A stretch of 64,000 bases of DNA from Kudoa neothunni (taxonomy: Eukaryota > Animalia > Cnidaria), in NCBI GenBank assembly GCA_964304625.1, contig OZ199838.1, positions 4,981,489 through 5,045,488 on the forward strand. Reading direction: 5' to 3'. The position numbers and the translations under genes are program-made. The notes below the pieces were generated by a model. That model worked only from the letters and a program-made list of their open reading frames with translations, had not been told where the DNA came from and did not search any database. Position 1 is the stretch's first letter; the number at the start of each line of letters is the position of its first letter. This document shows positions 54,401 through 64,000 of the stretch, in pieces.

Positions 54401-55244
54401 CCTTCCAAAGAAAACTTCAACTTTGGGAAAAACAGCTTCAAAGGGGTAATTATTCTCATTTTCCTAACTTACAAAATCATAAAAACGATATACAAGTTGA
54501 TTTGTTTCCAGCCGGTGTTACTGATTTAAACGATGAATTTTCTTCTCGATTTCACGACTTTTCAAACTACAAACATAATTTTGAACTTTTCAGTACCCCA
54601 TATGGAATCGACGTGGAAGAAACAGATGAAAGGTATCAATTAGAATTAATTGACCTGCAATCAGATAGGGATCTGGAATCGAAATTTTTGGGAGTGTCTA
54701 CTATAAACTTTTACAAAAACTATCTATGGCCGGCTGGAAAATACAAAAATTTATTAGAAAACTCGAAAATAATGATATCGCTATTTGGAAGCACTTATGC
54801 ATGCGAACAGCTATTCTCGAATTTAAAATATACCAAAAGTACGTTGCGGAGTAGGTTACGTGATGACCATCTCGATGACATCTTATTGCTCTCTACAACG
54901 AAGCTGGATATTTCTATCTCTGAAGTAGCGAAAAAAACGAAAAAACAAATTTCTCATCAATTATTATATAAAAGTTTTACGAATAAATTTAGAAAATTTG
55001 TTTTTTTCGCTTCGCACTGAAACGATATAATTTTAAGTATCGCAATGCGAGTGTCTTTAGCCAGTATCCAATTGCATTGTAAAAAATTCATTACAGCTAA
55101 ATGATTTATACATATTATGGCCCCCCTTCTAGTTCAGCTTGATTATCCGACCCGGCAACCCCAGTGGGTTGCCGACCCTGATCTATAGGAAGATAAGAAC
55201 ATAGAGGTTTAAAATTGAACTTGCAATTTGATCGTGAAATACTG
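51492..55244 (-). mobile_element. decayed Tc1/IS630-type transposon, host of a hAT insertion
   Basis: TA-flanked TIRs CATTATTTCACGATCAAGTTG / CAATTTGATCGTGAAATACTG. Minus-strand remnants IAEAVKAHESTISRIIK and LIILHNVPVHKS..GHTILFFP. Confidence 0.8.
52556..55180 (+). mobile_element. hAT transposon (SPIN/Charlie/Buster, GTF2IRD2-like transposase)
   Basis: TIR CAGGGGTCGGCAAC / GTTGCCGACCCTG and exact 8-bp TSD ATCTATAG. BED finger CLIC..KRHYETHH, SIAIDETTD, TTDGAPAM, HCILHQ, RWLS, FGSTYACEQLFS. One frameshift near 53460. Confidence 0.97.
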
Positions 55245-55866
55245 TATATCGATAAAATGTTAATTTTCCGTTGCATCAGTTCATTTTTGAATTAATTTAC
55301 GTAAATAATGAATTATACTTCAATTTAAGTGTGAATTTATCGAATAGTTTATCATATGTGAGAGAGCTTTTTGCTTTTAGATTGTGCTTCGCCTCATGTG
55401 CATAAATGATATTTATACCCTTGATATGTTGTTAAAAAATAAGAATTGCATTTTATGGTTACTAGACCTTTCTATCGATAAGGGGCTTATAAAAATGTTA
55501 ATCTATTAAATTTGTAGTTTTCACAGTCGCATAAACTTGAACAAATATTATTTAGCCAACCATTACTTTTATATTTTTATGTAAATATTTTGGTGCAGAA
55601 ACTAACATTGAAATGGCGCGATAGGTTTATGTAGTTTGGATTTAGATTAACAATTTTATTCTGTGTAGTTGAAAGTATTCACCATAACGTAACTGCATCT
55701 GCTACGCTGAGCTATTTTAACCCAAACGATTTTGTATTCATCATATCTTTTTGTTTCAATTGTTAAATCTCACAAAATTTTCGCTATTCCTAAAACATAT
55801 AATGATCTTAGTTCTTCGAACAAATTGAAAAAAACGAATGGATGAAAAAGTTTTTATTTAGAGACT

Positions 55867-57969
55867 ATCCTCTAACGTTTTTTTGGGATAAAATTTACCC
55901 CACTTTTTTATCACTTTAATGTAAAGAACATATTGTAAAAAGTGAAATAGAAAATTTTTAGTGAAACCAAATGAGTAAATTTTAAGAAAACAACGACCAA
56001 AATGACTAGTTGAGATAATGCGCATGTGCGCGCAGTGCATAATCCTAATGAGTGACGCAAGTGGATTCATTGACGAATTTACCTAATCTGGAAGCGAATT
56101 TGATGACCAAATTATTGATGAAAATGATATATCGAACGAAGAAATAGATTCCATTGATACCAAGGATAATACTTAAAAAAGTAAAAATGGAATTCTTTGA
56201 ATTTTGTCAGAACCATCTACGAGAAAAATCCGCGCCGAAAATATCATGAAATCCATTCCTGGTGCCAATTCATATGCGTTGTTAAAAATAAAATCATTCA
56301 TTCATTCATTCATTCATTCATTTATTGTTATTTTTTATTTTTTATTTCAGAAATCTGTAGAATTCTATGAAGTATACAAATAAGTTTGGAAATCACTTTT
56401 TCAAAGATGAGTGGCAAGATATCGATGAAATTGGATTTAAAGTTTATGTAGGTCTTTTAATATTAATGGCTATTCGTAAGGATAGGCAAGAACCGTTGTG
56501 CGAACTTTTTAGTGTCAATGAGGGCAAGGAAATTTAGAGACGATTGCTTCCACATAAGCGTTTTACTCGAATTTCAAGATCCCTTCATTTTGACGACGTC
56601 AATACAATATCGGAAAGAAAAACAGCTGATAAATTTTTCCCTATTCGTGAGATATGGGACATATGGGTTGATATACTGCCAAAATGTTTTGCTCCAAACT
56701 AAGATATTACAGTGGATGAGCAACTCGTATTCTTTATGGGAAGATGTCCTTTCCGTCAATATATACCCATGAAACCGGCGAAGTATGACATTAAATTTTT
56801 CTTGTTGGTGGATCCTACTTCCAACTATGTTTCAAATATCAGCGTGTATCTGGGAAAAAATAATTTTGAGGGGCCGAGAGAATGTAACGTTGGGGAAAGC
56901 GTTGTTCTCTCCTTATCGAAACCTTTGTTTCATTCTGTAGAAATTTTGTGGTCGATAACTTTTATTCGTCTTTTCATTGGCTCAAAAATTATTGGAAAAA
57001 AAGTTAACGTTTTTGGGAACTATACGTAACAACAAAAAAGAAATACCACCTTGCCTTCTTCCTTTAATAAAAAGATCACTCTACATTATTACATTAGTAT
57101 ATTTGCTTAACATAAGAAATGTATGATGACGTCATGTTAGTAAAAAAGGCCAAGCTGTCATATTGTTATCCACAGGTACAACTGATAATACTATTACCGA
57201 TGCGTCCACAAATTGTAAATCTCATACTATAATCTATTACAATACAACCAAAGGTGGATAGGGTTGATAATGTGAACAGAATGTTGGCATCAATTTCTAC
57301 CCGGAGATTTACAAGAAGATGGCCGCTTATCGCCTTCTAAATATAATTGATATCTCGTTTATTAATGCGTTTTTATTATTCAAAGTTATATTTAAACCAG
57401 AGAAAAAATTAAGGATAAACTTTCTGAAGGAGATTGCTCCAGAATTGTACAATCCACTTCAGATAGAAACACCAACAGAGTTATTAAGAGAAAATCATGC
57501 ATATCTAGTGATCCAAATCATGAACCAAATTTCAATGGGAAATCATCACGCTGCGATTATTGTGAAAGAAAACAAGATAAAAACCCTCCAATTGATGCTT
57601 AAATTGCTATAAATTTTATCGCCTCACTCATGCCTCGAAATTTTGTTTCAATTGTCAAAACTAATTTTTTGCTTATATTTAGTTTTTTAGCTATTTTTTA
57701 TGAGTTTTTTACTAGCTGATAACGTTACTTTTATTTTATATGCACCTACGGAGAACATTGATATATTCCGATAATGTCATAATCAGGGTTAATTGGAAAT
57801 TATTTCGTGCAATTAACACAATATTTCAATGATTCTACTCGTTAAAATTTAGCGATGCTTTGTATTCCCCAATTAATTATTTTTCTACATACATTGGCTC
57901 TATAAAAAAGTGAGGTAATTTTTACCCCAAATGTGTTACAGGGGTGTTGTTTTTGAGATCGTTAGGGAG
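55867..57969 (+). mobile_element. decayed piggyBac (PGBD4-like)
   Basis: VDEQLVFFMGRCPFRQYIPMKPAKYDIK, VDNF, YYNTTKGG; right end CGTTAGGGAG-TTAA; subterminal AATTTTACCCCA-like motifs at both ends. (ATTC)n microsatellite at ~56294-56320. Confidence 0.85.
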
Positions 57970-58622
57970 TTAATAATCAGCTTTTGTATTGAAATAATAT
58001 TATTTTTGAAATAGTTGCAGTTTTAATATATGCTTAAATTAATTTTATTAAAATATATTAAGGGATGAGAAAAATTTTTTGTTGATTTATTAGCATTTTG
58101 AATTCATTATTGATTTTAATGGCTAGGAGTAAAATAAAAAATATTAAATCTATCATATTTTTCTTAGCAATAGAAAAAACATCATTAAAATCGCTACAAG
58201 TCTAATTAAAATAAATTATCTAATATTAGCTTAAAAATAATCACCTAGTTTAATCCAAATAAAAAGATCAACGGTAATTTCTGTCATCTAGTATCTATTA
58301 TTAAGTCCTTGTTTGTAAATTTTCAAATTATTGAGTAACATACGAAAATAATTTAGTTGCAAATAAGCAAAGTCCAAGAAATACATGAGTCTTTGGGATC
58401 ATACAAATGACTAATATTGTATTAAAAATGTGTGTGGAGGTCATTCAAACACGATCAAAACATATTAAAAACGCAGAAACAAAATTTCACAATAGAACCA
58501 CAAAAAACATTTGTACATAAAATATATTCGATAATTACACCGAAATAAGATTATAAAACAGGATTATCTTAGAAATTATTTAGGGATCGAACAGGAAGTT
58601 CGAAAATAAATCGCTCCTATCC

Positions 58623-59178
58623 TCAGAATTGAAGACGTTGAATTCTCCTAACCAACTGAATATCATGCACCATCAAGGTGACCCTTTTGCTGTGCAACGT
58701 AACAAGATAGGCATCTTCTAGCAGATTTGTCATAAAAATTTCTGTGGCCTCTTGTAGCGCGACCAGCGCCAGACCATTCCATCTGAGTTCACTTAACGAA
58801 AGTTCTCTAGCAACGTCTCTTACCAATCGAGCGAATGATAATTTGGGAATCATTAATTCGACCAACCTTTTTGATTTTTTAGTGGCTGATTTTTTAACTC
58901 TTTTGGCAGCAGATGTAGGCTATTATTTCGCAGAGAATATCAAAAAATAAACATTTAATTCACATACACTTAAAAGTCTGGGAGGATTTCTAATAGTTGG
59001 TAATATTGGCGTGGCTTTTGGACGAAAACGATTTTGTTTATGAGGGACAGGAGTAGACGTGCTAAACTCGGATGCGTTCCCAGTGCCACTCCGTCTCGAT
59101 TCTCCAATAAAATTAGTCACAATAATAAAGAAAGAAATTACCATGAGTGTTTGGTTCTGAACGCTTGCCAGAAGCCAT
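58623..59178 (-). CDS. CENPA: centromeric histone H3 variant (CenH3/CENP-A-like), 3 exons, ~155 aa
   Basis: Exons 59178-59142, 59101-58968, 58919-58623. Histone fold LMIPKLSFARLVRDV..LRW..ALVALQEATE..LLEDAYLVTLHSKRVTL with CenH3 signatures (no Q68, F84W, EDAYL, loop 1 longer by one residue) and a non-canonical N-tail. Confidence 0.85.
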
Positions 59179-59699
59179 CGTGGTAATTTAGTGTAATTTA
59201 ATGAGGCGCCAAGATGCGCGGACATAACGCTCCCATGTTTAGAGCTGAACAATGTATGCTCATTATTGTTGCTAAAAAAGGTCGCAGTATAATTATTTTG
59301 AGCTTTTAAAATGTTTAAATTCCGATTCTAAACAAATGACACTTCCGCTTTTTATATTTGTGATAAACCTCCTCATCAACTTCGTGAGAGAAATTAATCC
59401 AATATTTTTATTAATAAAATTTCTAATAAATATACTTGAAATAATTTAGTTATGCAAATCTTTAACATCACGAATTGCGTCGTAAGTTTGATAAAGTTCC
59501 CCGCCCAGACTTTGAGTCGAACCATTGGGAATACGACTTAACTCTTTCATTTTCATTATTTTGTTGTTCTCTTTTTTAATAATATCAAATAAATTATCCA
59601 TAACAGGATGCAAAGAAGATATAATGCACCGTGTATTAACAATGAAAGCTTTTATAACATTATTAATGGAGCTTCAAAGCAGAAATAGGAACAATGTTG

Positions 59700-61130
59700 T
59701 TAGCAACAGTAAAAAATCAGGATCTTAGTCACATCTTATAGCTCTCACAATGGTTTCTTCATTGTCACGACATTCATCATCGTATATTTTCTCTAAATCT
59801 TCTGGCTGTGTTTATGTCGCCAGTTGTCTCTAATGTTTAAATCCACAATGTCATTTTTATTACCTAATAATAATTATAAAAATAATAAACCTTTATTAAA
59901 TTCTTTGTTTTCAAAATCAATGTTAGCTGGATTTTCTATTAAATATTACTTAAAATAGTAATATGAGAAGTTGAATATCTTTTGTAAATATTAAGAACTT
60001 TTGAAACAGTCCTCAATCTATAGTAGACGCTTGGACTGTATTCCAAGCTAATTTCAATGCATTAAGACAATCTGATATTGTATTGTGTATTTAGATCTCG
60101 TCGGATCATATTTTTCAAACAGAACATGTATACTTAAATTCTGTTAGTCTGCGTTTACATTGTTGACGACGCTGAGATCCATTGGTTGTACAATCCTAGT
60201 TGTGTTTATAGGGAAGAATAATAATTCAATATTTCGAAAGGAACCATTTAATTGGGGATGTGAAGGACATTCGTCCAACTGTATATGAACTATTCTTCTT
60301 TTTTTCGCAAACTTTTGATCAAAAATTTTTGGGACACCGAAAAAGATAATAGAAGACAACCAACCATTTTTTGAACGTAATATTCAACGAAAAGATCAAT
60401 AATTCCTTTAAAAAAGTGTGGATCATTGAATTTACTAATAGCGATCAATGGATAGCTTTTTGCGGTAAATAAAATCATCAATAAAACGATGACAAGGTTT
60501 TTGATTGTTCCAGTCCCTTTAAATTAGACTCATCATATGTTGTATGTTTGTTGAGTCCATTATACAGAATAAAAAAGTGGTTTCATCAAGATTTAATATT
60601 TTTTCCTCTGCACTTCTAGTTCTGACTTCAAAAAATCTGGTTAATTAATCATAAAATAGATTATCACCAATGTTCCCGCTTCTCCGCGGAGAATGTAATT
60701 TTTCAAACAAACGTGTGTCTTAAAATTTACAGACCAACGTTTGCTATAACTGAAAAAAGTGGTTTTAAGATCTTAAGATCATTGGCAATAGGTTTTGCTT
60801 TTTCAAAGATCAAAAACCCTGGAATATTTTTTTGGACGTTCTAACATTAACTAGTCATGTACCTCACCTTCGGGTTAAAAATATTTCCCATTTGAAACCC
60901 TTTCAAGAGAAGAAACCACGTTGGAGTTCGTTATTTCAGATTTATTTTCCAAAATCCTATCAAAAAAAGAATAACCTATTCTAATTTGAATAAAACTCAC
61001 AACAACAGAATACTTGATATTCTATAACACTAGGGAGCTATTTTTTTGGCGCCTGAGACTGATTTAATCGAATCCTTGTATTGGGCCATTTCAATTATTT
61101 ATCAAAACTTCTTTGTTCTCCCACCATGTC
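59700..61130 (-). mobile_element. decayed Tigger/pogo transposase
   Basis: LDECPSHPQL..NIELLFFPINTTRIVQPMDLSVV, NLDETTF, LKLAWNTV. Many disruptions; ends approximate. Confidence 0.75.
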
Positions 61131-61336
61131 GAACGTTCGAACGTGCGATTTAATGGATTAATCGGATTAAAATTGGAAATTAGTAGTGCTCCTGATAGAA
61201 AAACCTTGAATTTCACGAAAATTGCAACATATATATTTTATTTCATATTTTTGAGTATATTGTTAAATCGAGAAATTATAATACATCGACAATTTTACAA
61301 TGCTGAATGCATAAGTTGAAAAAATACCATCTACTC

Positions 61337-61959
61337 CAGAGGTTCTCATCTGGGGGTAAATTTCAAATGACAGAGGGAAAATGAAGTAACATTAAAATTT
61401 GATTGGGACAATCTTTGCATACAGGGGTTTGTGGTGTATATAAGGATGCCTAAGGAATTATATTACTTAGGGCTATTAAATCTAATAAGAAATTGGCGGA
61501 AATGCTTAAAATCTGTTTAATAGTAAATATTTATATAACAATTAATAGTTTTTTTCTTTTATGGCTCGTTTATTTTATAATGATATAGCCTAATAATAAT
61601 AATAATTAAAGTGGCTATTTGCATGGTAAATATTATTCAAGTGTCATTAATTTGGACTATTTTTAATTATTTCTAGTCCATTCTTTCATTCTTAGGACTA
61701 GAAATAATTCAATTTAGCAAAATCTAACAAATTAAATCCGTTGACAGCTTGTGAGTAAGAGTTGATGGGGTTAAAAATTGTTATTATGCAAACGTACATG
61801 CCTTTTAGAATCAGAATTTATCCCTCAAATAGCCTCTGCCATCGTTAAACCAATACAAAACCTTAAAGTAAATACAAATTTGGTTTTCAAGTAAGGGGGA
61901 AATTGGGATTTTTCACCAAGCCGAGGGGATAAATTTGAAAAAATTGTTGAGAATCCCTG
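61337..61959. mobile_element. hAT (Charlie/Buster-type) MITE
   Basis: TIR CAGAGGTTCTCA / TGAGAATCCCTG; flanks ATCTACTC / ATCTATCC (6 of 8 match). Confidence 0.7.
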
Positions 61960-62713
61960 ATCTATCCTATATGGAGCCATGCAATACCGAGACCCTAGTG
62001 TAAGAAAATTGCCTAGGGAATATTTTAATTTTATTCTTAGACTATTATATTTAAAAAAGGACAGATAATATTTAATTAATACCATTTAAGTTACCATCAC
62101 GATTCTTTATGTGCCGAAAAGATCGATTACGAAATAGGGAAAATTATAGGTGGCTGTCTAATAAAAAACGTATTGAACTTTATCACTGATCCCCTTTCTA
62201 GCCAGCCGGCCGTGGCCGACACCTGCTTTAACTCATTAAGATTGTATTATTTAACAAATTTATTAAAGATAATATTTGTTAAGCTTTATTTCAATGATGT
62301 TTATGAAAGCTTTCATCAGTAAAATTACATTTAAATAAGAGAAATACGTAAAATATTCTATCAGGCCAACAAACAAACACACCTCAATAACACAACAATC
62401 TGTACGTATGAAAATTATTGGAACAGGGTTTGTGAAAGAATATCTCCATAGGCTTAGTTGTACAATAAATAAATACGCTTTAACTAATTTACTCTAAAGT
62501 CGGAGTCAATAAACGAATAAACAAATTGATGTTAAAACCGACAATATACTCCGACATCTCACGTAAAAGTTGATTGTAGCTAGAATTCATACTTCAATAA
62601 CTGTAGCAAAGCCATTACAAACAAATAACTCAAAAATATCGGTAAAATATACACACTGATAAACATAAATGTTAACTAAAAAACGTCGGCAATCATAAAT
62701 CATTAAGGGCGTC

Positions 62714-64000
62714 TCAGCAGAACTAAAAAACATTCAACACAATTTAACACTATAATTCTACTTTCCAACGATTGCCACAATCCATACAAACCACGAAAGT
62801 AGTCATAGGTTCATCTGAGCTTCTAGTTTGGGCCTAATTTATTAATGTTATTAAATATTGCGAATTAAAATCTATAATAATAATTACTTGTGTGTAAGAG
62901 CAGTTGTTTTTTCCACAACGACCACACTTGAAATAATCCGCATGGATCCCCTCAGTCACAGCAAGACTGTGTTCGTGAACCGCTTCTTTGTGGATTTCTT
63001 TACGGATAGCTTTTAGTTGGTCGCTTGCCATTTCCTAATTGTAATTAATTCGACAAAAATCACCAGTTTCATATGTCTAACCTCCGAGGTCATTGTTGAC
63101 AAACGTTTAGGAGTAATATCACCGCTCACAACATTATCACGTAAAGAATTGCAGGTGTCTTTAAGATTGAAAGCTTTACTTCGAATTGAATTTTTGTATT
63201 TCGTCTTGTCAGCGTTGGCCGAGAATATTTCTATATTTTAAGAGTTGAACTATCAACCATCTATAAACAACCAATTACCTTGTTCGATTTGAAGCGCCAA
63301 ATCTTCCAACTCTATAAATACGAAAATCCAAATAGAAATAAATGCATATTTTGTATAATACTTTTATCTTCTTCAGACGAGTTCCTCTGTAGAGCTTTAT
63401 GTATCATTTGGAAACAGGCTCTTCTAACTGGATCTTTTAATTCTTCCATTTTTGCAATTTTTGGCAGAGTCTTTTCAATTGGATTACTAACAGCTTCGAC
63501 CTGTGTGTTCTTTTCTGTGCATTAGAATGACAATTATTATTTGTGTTATTCTATTGAGTTGAAGTACGATACGAACGTTTCATTGGGAATATTTTCAATT
63601 CTTGTGCGACGATATTATTTTTATTACTGTTGACTGGCATACTATCCTTATTTTCGTTACTGGTATCGTCCTTGGAAGATTCAATTGGCGGTGAATTGCC
63701 ACTGATTGTCGACAAATCGTGATCGTTGTTACTATTGCTGGATTCGCTGCTAGAGTCTAACGCGTATTTGAGTTACTATGACAATACCAACAAAAATATA
63801 CCAATAAGAGTTTTCCATTTTCTCAATAAAACCTTACAATAACGTTGTACAGTCTTGTCTGGAATTTGTTTACGAGCCCTGTTGATAGTAATACCTATTT
63901 TAGTGGCCTAAAATTTTAAAAGATTTTCTTCGCGTTATCAAATATGAATACTCATACTTTTAGGATCTGAACCGTTAGTGATAATGTCTCTAACGTCTTA
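62714..64000 (-). CDS. TCEA1: transcription elongation factor TFIIS, 5' end outside the window
   Basis: KYKNSIRSKAFNLKD, FKCGRCGKNNCSYTQ|AQTRSSDEPMTTFVVCMDCGNRWK|FC*. Short introns. Confidence 0.93.

Noticed and set aside
62810-62833. TFIIS QTRSSDEP instead of QTRSADEP
   Set aside because: The catalytic DE pair is intact and the substitution is minor.
1-64000. CRISPR arrays, prokaryotic operons, alternative genetic code
   Set aside because: No repeat-spacer array was seen; genes are spliced and eukaryotic, and TAA, TAG and TGA all act as stops.

Overview
AT-rich eukaryotic (animal) genomic DNA with very short GT-AG introns (mostly ~39-55 nt), divergent housekeeping proteins and dense, mostly decayed transposons. 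This style suggests a reduced parasite such as a myxozoan cnidarian, but that is inference only. Host genes: an RCC1-repeat protein, a VPS13A/C-like lipid transfer protein (with one ~9 kb exon and a Tudor-like insertion), eIF3f-like, CTU2, DUS1L, intronless RPL8, a CenH3/CENP-A-like histone and the 3' part of TFIIS. Intergenic DNA holds Mutator-like, Merlin, piggyBac (3), pogo/Tigger (4), Tc1 and hAT elements, hAT MITEs and a modular tRNA-derived SINE family, several of them nested. Unexplained structure includes a long hairpin island at ~8.7-9.2 kb, decayed hammerhead-like motifs and a double hairpin next to RPL8. Exon boundaries and alignments were read by eye; no database search or folding program was run.
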